Shown: positions 26,138 to 39,505 of the stretch, one piece after another | How positions within the stretch are numbered: the first letter of the stretch is position 1 | Layout: each line of letters opens with the position of its first letter | Assembly: GCA_964016885.1 (NCBI GenBank) | Contig: OZ024742.1 | Span: 49,662,001 to 49,726,000 of the forward strand | Length of the DNA stretch: 64,000 nucleotides | Origin: Eledone cirrhosa | Taxonomy: Eukaryota | Direction of reading: 5' to 3' | Notes under the pieces: model-generated | Told to the model about the DNA's origin: nothing | Database searches by the model: none | The model's input: the letters and a program-made list of their open reading frames with translations, nothing else | Made by a program: the position numbers and the translations under genes

Positions 26138-27506
26138 ACACACACATATATATATACACATATATATATATGTTGTTATATACTGACTATTGTATAACAA
26201 CCTACAATAATATATCTACATGTAAAATGTTAAATTATGCAAATGAAGTGAAATAGAACTGATTACATCTCACATCAGCATGTTTTGTTGTATGTTGTGG
26301 AAAATGTTTGATGTTTTCTTTTCAAAATACTTAAACATCAACATCAACAAAGTCATTCTTTCTTTCTCTCTTTCACCTCTTTCTCTCTTTTCTCCTTACT
26401 TTTTCTATTTTTTCTGTTACTGTCATTCATTCTCTAACCCCCATCTCTCTCTCATACTTTTCTCTCTCCCCTTCTTCTTTCAGCGCATACACTTACATGC
26501 ATATATTGAAACATATAATCAATAAAAAAAAAAGTGTTTTAAAAAACTCTTTATCATATAATGAAATTCAATATAACCATCATTTTAATATAGATGAGTT
26601 TTCAATATAACCACCACTGCACTAAAATTGCAATTTTAAAATGTGAGATTTCTACAATTTTCCATGTAGTTTATATTTATTTTTGTGTTTATTAGTGTCT
26701 TCTTTCTCATTTCATGTAGATTAATGTTTTCACTGACCTGATAAAATATGAATATCACATGTTTCTAAATAAAAAAAATAATTATAAGAAGAACATTGTG
26801 ACTGAAATGGAGTTCTATTTAAAACAGTTAATACATTTTTATTTCAATTCCAAATTAATTCAGATATCTGTCTGTTGATGAGAATTAACACTTTCTTTAC
26901 CATATTTCGAATGATAGACACTACTAATGATTTTTTAATAATGTTGAAAACAATCAAGATTTTGGAGGAATATGGTAAAATAACTAACTTTCTCATTGTT
27001 AAGCTGATCAAACCGTTCTAAGATAGACATTTCAACCATCTTCATCATGTTTGACATTTTGAAAGTGTATCTTTGACTACATTATGTAATGTCGCCTTCC
27101 ATTTTTAGTATGATTAGGTATGATTTGAGAGTGTTTTGGCTAAAACTTTCGTCAGGTCCAGCAATTGCATAGTGTCTTCTTGTATGGATTGGTGCACATA
27201 GTAGTAGCATTTCTGATTTAAAGAAAAAACGTCAAGCACATATATTCAGGGTAGTTGTAAGGTTTTTTAACTTATTTTTCTATATCTTAACTCATTTAAT
27301 TATTTTATTACTTTCATATATATATGCATTAGTCAAGTATAAGTGTCAGAAGGTACTATTCATCACTTGGATAAAAAGTATATTTTCTAACCTAAGTGAT
27401 AAACAGTGTCTTATTTCTCCCGACTATTATACTTTGTTAATATTATTCTTAATTTTTTTTATTTTAACAGATTATGTCTCATTTGTATGTCTAATAAAAT
27501 ACAATG

Positions 27507-27595
<89 letters not shown>

Positions 27596-28131
27596 TATAT
27601 GGGTGGATTTCTGATGTGTATTGAGAGTTGACCATGTTTAAAAAGGTACTTAATACGTTTGTAGAGCCTCCACATCTCTATTTTATATAGAAATAGATTC
27701 TACAGGATTAGAACTGTTTCATTTGTATGAAATCATCAGAAAAGTTCATTCATATGAAATCAGTGCAGAATCAATAATAAGAAAACAGTGAAAACAAATA
27801 TGGAAAGCAATATACAAAAATTGATAATAGTTTAATGTTTGTGTGAAAGGGAAAAACAAGTGTCTTCATTGTATCACTTGTTAGGCAAGAAACAAGAGTG
27901 AAACAGAAAAGCTACAAGTTAAAAAACAGAGAGAATGTAGAAAATGGTAGAAAGGTGACATCAGGAAGGGAATATCTACAAGTATATGTGGGTTTCTTTT
28001 ATGAAGTAGGAGCACACATGGTAGAGGATTGTCTTTTTATTAGGCATTGTGGGTGGTGTGGAGAGGGAGGGAGGATGATCAAGCAAAGAGAAGTAAGTAT
28101 AGGAATTAGAGTAGAGAAGGAAAAGAAACTT

Positions 28132-28545
28132 CATCATCATCATCATCAACGTTTAACGTCCGTATTCCACGCTTGCATGGGTTTGGACGGGGGTAGTCCC
28201 ACTTGAGGCAAGAGTGATTGTCTTGCTCGCATAGGACTGTCTGGCAGGTTTTCTACAGTTGGATGCCCTTCCTAACACCAACCACATTTACAGTGTGGGT
28301 CTGGGAGGTTTTTACCGTGTTGCCTACACGGCCACATTACAGCGTGGACTGTGTGTTTTTTTGTCGTGACACCTACACGATCTCATTTGTTTCGGCCTGG
28401 ATGGCGCGGCACCAACATAACTTTACATAGAACGGGGTGGTGTGGATGGGGTGGGGGTGGTGGTGGTGGGACGGGGTGTATTTTGTTAGAGATGCCTACT
28501 GGCTGTAGTAGGTTTTACTATGTATTTAGGTAAGGCGGGTCTTCT
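28132..28545 (-). mobile_element. RTE-type 3' UTR fragment (or derived SINE) with (GAT)n tail
   Basis: Colinear with the 3' UTR of the RTE at 46073-46450 (gtgttaggaagggcatcca.c.gtagaaa; aaacccatgcaagcgtgga...ggacgttaaacg.tgatgatg). Confidence 0.8.
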
Positions 28546-28731
28546 TTGTTGACGAAAATATTTTTGTCATGTAGTTTATGATTCACTCCATGTAAAAGCT
28601 TGTTTAAAATAAACTTTGAAAACAAAGAATTATACTTTTAAAATAATTATATAATGTTTTTTTTGTTTGCTTTTTTTGCTTTCTTTTGATAAATCATGAA
28701 ATTTGGTATTGTTGTTCTTTTTGTCTTTCAG

Positions 28732-29022
28732 TTGTAACCATATCAGGCTCTCAATATGTGGACGTGGGAGAAGCCATCACCTTGCAGTGTAATGCTAGTG
28801 GTGTTGAATACGTACCAGAAGAGGTGGACTGGTTTAAAGATGGCAATGAAATAAAATCAAACCCTCTGACAAGGATATTCATTACAAAATTTCAGTCTGT
28901 CAATGCACGTTCACTGCACAGTGAATTGCAAATCATGCATGGACAAATGACAGATGCAGGAACCTATATATGCCGAATTTCAGAAATTGATATAGCTAGT
29001 ATTAAAGTACACGTCTTAAATG
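28732..29022 (+). CDS. Internal coding exon encoding one complete Ig-like domain; resembles the second Ig domain of ZIG-8/Dpr-type neuronal cell-surface proteins
   Basis: Polypyrimidine tract plus tttcAG acceptor (28730-28731) and G|GTAAGT donor (29023). 291 nt, phase 1-1, open frame: VTISGSQYVDVGEAITLQCNASG..PEEVDWFKDG...SELQI...DAGTYICR...IKVHVLN, with the Ig C..W..DxGxYxC signature. Family call is from recognition, not a search. Confidence 0.92.
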
Positions 29023-30054
29023 GTAAGTAGACTACTTCAGTAGATTAGTGTCTGCTGATGTCTTTCAATGTTGATTAATTCCTTCCTGTTTTCACTATTG
29101 TTGTATTAATGTAAAACATTACAGCTTCTCTGCTCTACAAAGAAAATGACAGATTTATTCTGGTAACCATTATTAATATAATATTTCCAATATAGTCACC
29201 ATATAATTTCACATGATAATATGGCCATAAATTGCACACAAACAGTAAAATGTGAATCTCAATATATTGGTTATTGTTCTAGATGATACTTTAAATAGCA
29301 TAATGGAGGAAGAAAATATGTTTATTCAGCTGAACATTTTCCTATCTACAACTTCATTAAAATTATCTATTTCTTTATCCATTCATCTTTGTTATTTCTT
29401 TTTTGATTTTCTTTCTCTTACTTTATGCACAACCTGGTACATATACAAGCACACATCATTTATAGACCAACATATTCTGTGGCTCACACAAACATACCAT
29501 AATAAGAATATCTATTAATTCATGTTCAACCTCATGAACAAATAGCTGCATAAATTTCAATGGAAGCTGTGTTATAAAACGGAATTCCACAAAAGAAACC
29601 ATATGAATTATTAGGTCAAGCAGTTTCATATTGATCTTTTCTCACGTTAAAATCAAAAGGTCAATATCAACAATACACATTAGAAAGTGGAAACAGTTTA
29701 AGTGCTAATTTCAATATCGTACACTTTCTGTCCAATATTTACACCTGAAGACAGATTTTTACATATATACAGAGAAATTACTTATTGGTATCTGTTCTCT
29801 AATAGGTCTTTGGTTAAAATTGATTTCTAATTAAAGCACAACGCAAGTTAATTTCAGTGAGTTCAAAGTTGATTAAATCAACCCCAGTACATGAGTAGTT
29901 AAATCTGGTCTCATCCCTTCCTCATTCCTGAAGGTCAGGCACTATGGACAATTGAACCAATGCTCCTCTATATTATGCTGTATGTCCATGCTTCTCATTG
30001 GGATAAGGTGATTTCAGTGCTTCTCAAATCCTGTTCTGGCACATGACAATTACA

Positions 30055-30305
30055 TTATTGGTAGTGTCAGATAAAATGCCATTCCAGTATTTGTTTTGGA
30101 TCTTAACTTTCTGAGTTCGAATCCTGTCCAGACTGAATTTGCTTTTCATCCTTCTGGGATCAATAAAATAACATGACTGGTACATAATTTCATTAACCCC
30201 AGAAGAATGAAAAGCAAAGTTGACCTTGGTGTGATTTGAACTCAGAAAATATAGCAATGGCATGTTATCTGACATCCCACCAATTCTGCCATTCCACCAC
30301 CTATA
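30055..30305. mobile_element. Two Nin/Deu-like SINE fragments in opposite orientation (+ 30055-30185; - 30195-30305)
   Basis: ctgagttcgaatc...ttgcttttcatcc followed by gaatgaaaagcaaagttgacc...atttgaactcag. Confidence 0.65.
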
Positions 30306-30704
30306 GGCAGTCATTGATTTTAATTCATTGAAGTAACATATCAAATCATCTAATTAAAGATAACCCTTTCTCTCCATACATCTTCCTGGTGTCGACTAAA
30401 TGTTTATATATTGCCTGTCCTTCAGAGATGTCTGCTTCTAGTTGGATTTGCATAATCATTAAACCCTTGGACTAAAAACATTGTTTTTCAGACCATGTTA
30501 CTTTATTTTCTTGGGTACAATGTTGCAGAAGACAATTTTGTCAACCATCCTTCTGGTAGTGGCATGTAGGGATAAAATAAAATACAAATCAAGTACTGAT
30601 ATCAATAAGTAACTGTACTTCACTGTGAATATTTTTATGACATTGTGCTTATATTTGAAAGCATTATCATCGTGATTATTGTCATATTTATCATTGGGGT
30701 TTTG

Positions 30705-30912
30705 AAAGGTGGTAGACTAGCAGAGTTGTTAGCATGTCAGACAACAGCATTGCAGTTGCATTCCAGTTCTTTACATTCTAAGTTCGAATCCCACCAAGGT
30801 TGACCTTGTCTTTCATTCTTTCGAGCTTGATATAATATAGAACCAGTAAAGTTCATATAGGTGAATTCCTCACCCTACAAATTATTGGCATTATGCCTAA
30901 ATTAGAATTCAT
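30705..30912 (+). mobile_element. Nin/Deu-like SINE
   Basis: B box AAGTTCGAATCC, family core and tail tggcattatgcctaaattagaa. Confidence 0.7.
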
Positions 30913-31369
30913 TATTTTTGGTTTGAGAAATACATCCAAACTTTCTTTTCTTGGAGCAAGAATTAGGTTCACCCTGAAAAATATACATAGAAGTCTTCTA
31001 AATTAACAAGCATGTTTAGGCTTAAGCCTTTCATTACCATATTTGTAATGAAAAACGATGACCTATGTGTTGCAATTAATTTTGAAAATAACCAAAAATT
31101 TGGAGGAATTTCATTAAATGACTAAGATTTTCATTAGTGAGCTAATAATTCGAAAATTACATTACAAAAATGTCTGAAATAAAGTTAGAATGTAAATATT
31201 TAACATAAGGATAAGCGTTCTATAATGAATTTTATGTGATATCATGTTTCAAGTCGTTTGGTATCAAAATGATTAACAAGAATTTTCAAGATGTGCACAG
31301 AAAGTATTTAGGATTAACGAGGATGTTCAAAGTTAATAAGAATGCTTAGGGTAAACAAATGTTTTAATT

Positions 31370-31865
31370 CAATGAAAATATTCAAGATTAATAGATGTTA
31401 TCTGGAATGTCCTCACCCTGTTTACAACTCTTAGTACTGAAATTTTCTGCAATGTTCTTATATCTATCCCTTGAGGTAATTTGTCAATGTCCTTAGAAAA
31501 ATGGTTGTTTATCACTTTAGTTGTGCCAATTACAAATGAGATGATAGACACATTCTATAACTACTGTAACATTTATACGTCAACAGCTAAGTTGGCTCAC
31601 TTCTGCATACCATTATGATTATTTGGTATTCCTATGCTGATAATTAATACACTGTTGTCATTTTTGTCTTGGAGAATGATGCCAAATTTATTATGTGCTA
31701 TCTAGTAAGCTGTCTGTATTCTAAAGTTACATGGTATTTTCACATTCTTATTTTCTGAGATAGGTGGAGGCTCATATGAGTCCTAGTGAACTTTTTCATG
31801 AAGTAGGTAAAAACGTTGATAGGTATATGTGAGGCTGTTTTGCTACTTTATTGTGTGTCCAAGTG
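31370..31865 (-). mobile_element. Decayed R4/Dong LINE C-terminal fragment
   Basis: Minus strand reads HNKVA, YEPPPISENKNVKI, NFRIQT and IISFVIGT...LQKISVL, matching the RLE region of the copies at 3500-3990. Confidence 0.6.
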
Positions 31866-31954
31866 TTCCAGTTCATTCGACCAGCAGAAAAGCCTTTTAG
31901 TGAAATTAACTTGAAAGTAACTGAGTATTCCACAGATATGTTGCTTGTACTGTA

Positions 31955-32182
31955 GGAGTTGCAAACTGTTGGACTTGTAGAATTAGAACATCAGATAAAA
32001 TGCTATTACTGTGCTTGTTTTGGCTTTTTACATTCAGAGTATAAATCGCACCAAGGTCAATTTTGCCTTTCATCTTTCTGGTGTTGATAAAATAAAGTAG
32101 CAGTAGTTGAGTACTGGAGTTTATTTAATCAACTTTGTCCTTCCCTCAGATTTGCTGGTTATGTGCCTAAATTAGAAATCTA
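31955..32182 (+). mobile_element. Nin/Deu-like SINE
   Basis: Family core ggtcaattttgcctttcatc...gataaaataaagta.cag and tail gtgcctaaattagaaa. Confidence 0.7.
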
Positions 32183-32679
32183 TATTCTAGAAGCTGTATA
32201 TATTTAGTATATATACAGTATCTGTATATATTTAGTATCTGTTGCTAGTGGCTGGTTCCTATATCACATATTTTTGTATCTGTTGCCATATTTAGACAGA
32301 ATTTATGCTCCCAGGCTAGAGATAGTTTCTTTTTTTTATGTAGCATCCAGTTATGAAAATATGTGCCATCTAAAGGCATATCTTTATGTTTTCTACAAAA
32401 GTGTCATCAGTATATTAGTTTCTGCTCTTGCTTTAGGTTGAAACATATGCTGTTCAAAGTCAAAATCAATTTCTTGTGAGAATTTTGTTTCTGTGGATAA
32501 TCAGTTTAACAAGTTGTTACTTTTTATGATGAAATAATTACTGGTCCATTAATGAGACAGATCTTATGTCCTCAAATTTTAACAATAGCCGTTCCCCAGC
32601 ATCACCTCATCCTGTCCACCGGAAGACATAATAGAGTAATAGAATAATACAGGAGTTGACCATAACAAATTACCAAGGA

Positions 32680-33600
32680 TCCTACCTTACTACAATTGTT
32701 GTACTCATGGCCTTTGGTGGAAACCCATTCAGAATTGTCACACTAATCTTTGAGATCCAATATCTTTGAATTTTTTTCATTAACACACTAAATGCCTCAA
32801 TAATAGCAGCTGGAATAACTTCTAGTCTGTTCATTTCTCTAATCAGCATTATTTTGAATTTAAGTATTTGATATTTATTTACCTCTTCATTTTCTTTCTC
32901 AACCATCCTGACATCTACAACTATGTCAATCAAGAAGCAGTGTTATGTGATCTGGTCTTCTTGCTGGTACCCTCTCACCGCATGACACAATAAGTTCAAC
33001 ACTAGCCCCAATCGGTTGTAAATTTCGACTTTCTTTATTTGCTCCATCTCTAAAATCCCAAGATGCTTACATCCATTCTCTTCAATTTCCATCACTACCT
33101 GTCCATTAGGAAGCTCTATACTATCAGTTACAACCCCTTCCCTATTGCAACACCTTCCCCACCTTCTGATGGCAAACTCCATACCTATATCATTACTGTT
33201 GGGAAACACTGTATTCACTGATGAAGCAATTTGATTCCAGTTCTTGCCAAACAGCTTGAGATAATTCAAGGAAAGCAATTGTTGCTTTTCAATTGTCTCT
33301 CACACAATACAAATCCGCCACCAGTTTTCTCTCAAGATTAATGACAGCATATTACATATAAGACATGAAGAAAGAAGTGAAAAATTATTATTTTTATATT
33401 CACCTCTCCCAGCATTCTCCATGCAGAGCTCAGTTGAGTTCTCCATATTGTCATACTTCCCTTTATATACTTATTTAGATTCTCATCATTTCCAAATCTG
33501 TTAATGCATTCCAATATCCACCTTTGGGGACAAAGTCATATGCCTTCTAATGATTTACCTATGTTATGGCCCATTTCTTATGTCTTCTCTTACAATCCAG
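32680..33600 (-). mobile_element. Decayed, internally deleted R4/Dong LINE
   Basis: ORFs 32943-33278 (YLKLFGKN, DIGMEFAI, KHLGILE) and 32682-32933 (IDIVVD..EKENEEVNKYQIL) join RT remnants directly to RLE remnants. Confidence 0.7.
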
Positions 33601-36600
33601 CACTACCTACCAACAGTTGGTCTGTCATACCCTTGCTACTATATCTGCAACCCTATTGCTCTTCTGGCAATATGTGTTCACTGTTCTGGCAATATGTGTT
33701 CACTGTTCATGGGTACATGCTCTCTGCTATAATCCCACTTTATGTTGTGTTGTTTTCATGTTGCATTGTTTTCAACGTCTTTAACCCTTGTGGCCAATAA
33801 AAGAATTTATTATTATTATTTTGCCTTCATGCCTGTCCTATTACTAACATATACTTCATTTCTGGTCATTGTATTGCTTTTTCTACCTAATATGATTAAT
33901 CAACTTTCTTATCTGAGAAATCTTGTCCATAAAATTTTCACTTGAACCATTTCCAATATGGTAACTCTGAATTAACTACTGATCAATGCGAAAATGAATA
34001 TCTATTTTTTTCTCTATTTATATATATATATTTTTATTGCATTATACCATCTTTCCTTAAACTATATTTCATAGTTTCTTTACAAAAGAAACTGAAAGGA
34101 TGTTATTCATTTACATATTCTTTTTATTTTTTATATATATTTGAATATACTTTTTTATTCAAAGTCAACACAAAAGAATATTTTAAGGAAATCAAACTCA
34201 AAAAAATAAAAGAAGGATGTAAATATATGTATGGCTACCATATTCTCCAGCTCACTTTACACTCTTTATATTTTTGGTATGTTTTATATTTGTTTCATTT
34301 TTTGCCTCCTTTCTCTTCCTTGACATATTACAAAACTATGAAAGCCGTTAAAGAAAAGGTTAAGTGTTGTTTTGCATGCAACAAAATGGATGGCTGAAGC
34401 CAAGTTAAATCAGAATTTTGTACAAATGTAATGATGTGAAATGTGAGTGTATGTTTGTGTTTCTGTGACTGGGAAGGGTTTTTTGTTCTAATTTTTTTTT
34501 AGATAATCTTTTTTTTATATATAATTTCAAAGTATGATGAATGTTTATAAAACTGGGTGGCAGTGTGTTTTAGTGTTGGCGTGTATATGCAAATGTGTCT
34601 GTATTTGTGTGTGTATTGATATGTACATGCAAGTGTGTCTACATGTATGTGTGTATTGATGTGTACATGTATCTGTATGTATGTGTGTGTGTATTGATGT
34701 GTATGAGGAAGTGAGTCTTCAGGCATGTGTGTATTGTTGTCTGTATACTTATGTATGCATCTGTGTATATATTGGTATGTGTGATAAAATGAATGACAGT
34801 GTTGGGGTGAGGGAAAAGAGTTTTACTGATTGACTAAAGGAGAAGTATTGAAGTCCATGTAAATTGTAAGCAATAAGGAGGTGAATAAATAGAAAGGATA
34901 TACTAGGAGATAGAAAGAAGAGAGAGAGGGGGGAGGGGGAGTTGAAGAGAGAATGAAACATGAAATAGATATATATATACATATATATGTCTTATATATA
35001 CATATATATATATATGTATATATATATGTGTATAGATATATATGTATATATATATATATGTGTATAGATATATATATGTATATGTATTATATATATATGT
35101 ATATGTATTATATATATATATGTATATGTATTATATATCATCATCATCATCATCATCATCATTTTACGTCCGGAGAGTGGTGAGGGAGAAAACACAAATG
35201 AAAAAGAGAGAAGTGAAGAAAAAAATAGACAGAGTTTTAGATTGGAAAAATGGGGATAATGGATGTGTAGATAAATAGATCTTTAGACAATGTGAGAAAG
35301 AAAGGGATGGACAGAAATACGTAAGAGTGTGTTAAGAAGAAAGATTATCTAATGGGTGATCATAAAATCACACCAAATATCATTCACAATAGGAAATAAA
35401 ATAAATTATGAAAGAAGTTGACATATGTGCACATGCACACATACACTAATATTGATACACATATCTGTGTAAACAATCATGCACACATTCCCACACACAT
35501 GAAAACACATTAACATTATACACACATCTACATAAATATCCTACTCATTTCCATAAGCACATACACAATGTATACATATCACCAAGCATATGAACATACA
35601 TAAACAGTAGAACATATCTACACACACGCGCACAAACACACACACACACGCGCACACATATAACTACACATATGTTCTAATACATAACAGCACAGTCATT
35701 CACAGTCACACATATTCCAAAAGTATGGGTTTCCCCACTTATAGACTCATACAAAAAAGATATTGAAGACAATTTAGTCTTTTGTATGGTATTTTATTTG
35801 TTGCTTTCTGTTGGTTTTTATGGTTCTCAGAAGAGCACTGAACCTATAAGCTTTATTGCCTTGAATTATTAGCATATGATAGAATGCAATAAGAGAAAGG
35901 CATGAGCAGGGAGCAAAGACAAAATGAAAGAAGACCATAAATTGATAGTGAAAACATGTTTGAAATTTTGTTGCTTTAGAAAGTGAGAATGTTGAGTAGA
36001 TTGGTTAGAAATGGTAATAAAGATAGCCGTGTAATTAGGCTGAGAAGTTAACTATTCAAGTTTACAGTATTATGAAGAAATGAAATAGGGTGTGGTTTAT
36101 ATGTGTGTTGTTTTTTAACTGAATGTGAGGGTATGCTCTATCAGGATAACATTCCCTATCTACTTGCATCAGCATTATCAGCAACTCCGGACCACCATCA
36201 ACCAGTGAGTCAACCAACTTCCTCTGCTAGAAATAGTAGCCAATAATATCTTCGTCATGTCATATCTTACCATCTTAAAAAGGGATACATTGGATAAAGT
36301 GACATACATTCATAACATTAAATGTATCTTCCTTCTCCACCCACTCCCACAGTGCATATAGGCTCTTCTGTTGGGACAATTCTCAACAAACGTTAGTGCT
36401 GTTGCCATGAACATACACCCAGTACAATGTGTAAGGTGGTTGGAGATAGGAAGGGCACCCCATTGTTGAAACCCATCAGCTGTGTCAATGGTATGACAGC
36501 CTTTTAAGTTTTAAATGCACCCAGTACATGATGTAATCTGATTGTTGATACAAGGGCATCCACCCATAGAAAGCTTGCAAAACAAAGGATTGGCAGGACT

Positions 36601-38261
36601 CTTCAGTTGCATCAAAGACATGACAACCTCCATTTTGCTTGTATCATCACAAAATACACTTGGTAGAGCATAAGATTTTATATGACATGCCAACCTTACC
36701 CCATCTCTGAGATCAGTAGCTCCACTTGAGTACTGATTCAGTCTGTGAAAACCCATCCAACCCTTGCTAATATGGAAAATGGACTTTAAATGATGATATA
36801 TATGATATATATACTACACAAGATTTATGGATACGAAACAGGTTTGCCAAATAAATTAAATAAACTGTATAGTAGAACTGACTAAGTTGATAGAATGAAG
36901 ATAGATTATTCCATAAATTCCATAATGTTATTGGCAGCCATAGGAAGTAATCTCTTCTCATGTGACTCTTTTATTTTAAGAGGTTAAACTTTCAGAAAAT
37001 GCTGAAAATTCCTCAACTTTATCTAATATAATACACAAGAAATAAATATTGCATAATGTGGATTGCATATTTATGCTATCATATGATGATTATGTGTGTT
37101 TGTGTATGTTCAGCTGAAATATAATATATGCATACACATACCTGAGTGTTTGTGTGTATATGTGTGTATGAATATTTTTCTTCTTCATTCCTCTCTTTTG
37201 CATCCTATGAAGCATTGAATGATGAAAGATCTCCATTCTGCATGGTTGAAAGCCCTGTCATGGGCCTGTTCCCAGGCCAGATCATGCCTGCGAGAATTTC
37301 CTCCACATACTTCAAACTAATGTCTCGATTGTATGTACATGTTTAGCTTCTATTTGAGGAAACTCTTGCTGATCTCTTCATGGGCATACTAAGAACACGG
37401 CCATGTTTCTTCTGCTGTTATTACATGGAGATATCGATTATCATAAACAGGTCATAATTTAGCTGAGGAATGAGCTGTCCCATACAGATTTCAGATACTG
37501 AAAAAAAGCTGTCATTTTACTCAGTCTCTTTACCACGAAATGTCTATAGCTGCCATCTTTAGAAAATACATACATATATATATATACACAAACTAATGCA
37601 CATACACACACACCTAATTAGAGCCTCATAAGGTTTGTATATCATCCAAACAACAACAAGGAAGCGTATTTGGAGGTCTTATATACCCATTCTCTCATAG
37701 TATATATACCATCATCATCATCATTGTTGATAAGGCCTGGAAGTGTAATTTGGCAAGAAGCTAATTGAGGAGAGAGTGTGGATATGGTTATTAAGTTGAA
37801 ATATATATATATAGATAGGGTGTGGTAAAAACCAGCTAGACCATAACCCACCAGAGTACTCGATACTTGGGGTAGTAGAGTAGGTAATAAGAAAAGGTTC
37901 AGGACTCCAACAGCTGAGCTCCAGCTGTTTTACAGCTAGATCCGAAATAGATCCTGTTAAAACCCCCAAAGCTCAGCCGTCAGGTTCATGAATATATATA
38001 AACATGTATATAAACATATACATATATATATATGGGTTATTGTAGTCCAGTGGAGTTTTGAATGCTAAACTAGGTGGATACTTGCTGTTTCAATTGATGA
38101 AATTGTGAGTGCTTTAACGTGTTGATATGTTAATAATTACATTGTTTGCATAGCTTCAGGCTTCTAGCTGGGACGTTATATTATAATTACTCCTTTGCAT
38201 GAGCTTCAAATGTTGAGGAAATTGTATACAACAAGGTTGAAATCACTGGGTATCGATATAT

Positions 38262-38445
38262 GGCAGTATTGGTAGGCAGAGGGTTGGACGCTATGATTTG
38301 ATGCATAGAGTTATGTCCCTTGCCATTCTGAGTTCGAATCCCGCCGAGGTTAACTTTGCCTTTCATCCCTACGGTGTCGATAAAATAAAGTACTAGTAAT
38401 GCACTGGGTTTAATTGCTGGCCTTGTGTCAAAAGTAGAAACAATT
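38262..38445 (+). mobile_element. Young Nin/Deu-like SINE (short-tail subfamily)
   Basis: B box GAGTTCGAATCC; close match to 40145-40329 (-), 57458-57645 (+) and 61680-61866 (+). Confidence 0.85.
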
Positions 38446-38459
38446 ATTATATATATATG

Positions 38460-38622
38460 TGTATCCCAGATTTAATCGCGGGTAACCACAGTAAGTAAGG
38501 TACTCAATACAAATTAGAGTATATACAATATTTACTATAGAAATAGCTTTTACAGGACTAGAACTACTTCATTCGACCTTTGAATGAAACAGTTCTAATC
38601 CTGTAGAAGCCATTTCAATATG
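38460..38622. mobile_element. Penelope-like terminal repeat fragment with short fold-back (38537-38574 / 38582-38620)
   Basis: 38460-38575 is the reverse complement of 50870-50981; a related copy lies at ~27600-27745; (TA)n on both sides. Confidence 0.65.
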
Positions 38623-38656
<34 letters not shown>

Positions 38657-38662
<6 letters not shown>

Positions 38663-38718
38663 CTGAAGAAGCTTGTCAGGGTTACAGGCTGAAACTGCCT
38701 GAGCTCATGGTTGAATGT
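38657..38718 (+). ncRNA. Type I hammerhead ribozyme motif
   Basis: ATATTC-CTGAAGA-AGCTTGT cagggtt ACAGGCT-GAA-ACTG cc TGAGCTCA TGGT-T-GAATGT. Stem I ATATTC/GAATGT, 7-bp stem II, palindromic TGAGCTCA in loop III, GUU triplet. Confidence 0.75.
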
Positions 38719-39188
38719 CACCCCATATATGTTTCCTAACTAATAACATATTGTGTGCATTCTGAATTATAAGTTTCCATTTTCTTACATACAAATTATA
38801 TCTCACTGAATAAGAAAGAAACAGCCATGGCTGCTTAGATTTTCTTTGGCTAGCTTCATAAATCAAACTTATTTATCTCCTCTCCCAATTGGCAGATTTG
38901 CACTTGAAAGTATGTTGAAGGTTTTTTTTAAAATTTAGTTTGACGTATTATTATTATTTCTTTTTTTTTTTTGCAATTCTTTGCCTCTTACAGTATTTGT
39001 TTGGTTGAGTGCTTATGGCTAGAATTAAGTTTCTGAATTTTCTGAAGTTTCCTCACAATGGCCAGTTGATCAATTTCTATATGAGGTCACATGTCACTGA
39101 AAGCAAGAAACTGCTAATTTATTAATGGCAGTTACTAGGCTTAAATGTGTTGTTATAGACAAACTTTTACATTTGATGTTCAGTGATC

Positions 39189-39317
39189 ACTCGCTGAGGA
39201 AATACTGTATCGTCCATTATGTAATGTCTGCATATATTACATAACTACTGTAAATAACAATTGCAGTTGTAACTGTTAAGGTCAAATGGTAGTACAGAAA
39301 CTATCAGTTGTCTGGGT
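39189..39317 (+). ncRNA. Degenerate hammerhead motif with ~95 nt branched stem II
   Basis: ACTCG-CTGAGGA...GAAAC tatcagtt GTC-TGGGT with stem I ACTCG/TGGGT. Stem II holds internal hairpins (TTATGTAAT/ATTACATAA) but its basal pairs are mismatched. Downstream 39370-39480 matches 38750-38875, which follows the 38657 hammerhead. Confidence 0.5.
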
Positions 39318-39505
39318 TTATATTATATGTAATTATCATTATACACGCACTGCTGTTTCCTTGTAATGTGTTGTGTGCATTCCGAGTTATAAGTTTATAA
39401 TTTCTTACATACAGATCTTATAATCACATTGAAGGAGGTTACCTGGAATCTCTTCAGCTAGCTTTGCAAGACAAAATTATTTGTGCGTGATATATATATA
39501 TATAT

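Noticed and set aside
33663-33708. 22-bp perfect tandem duplication
   Set aside because: Simple slippage event with no further structure.
33942-34397. 151 aa ORF
   Set aside because: Low-complexity F/Y/I/K composition from AT-rich DNA, with no domain motifs or clear splice signals.
34450-35730. TG-rich and CA-rich tracts facing each other as a large inverted repeat
   Set aside because: Complementarity is only compositional; no alignable unique sequence.
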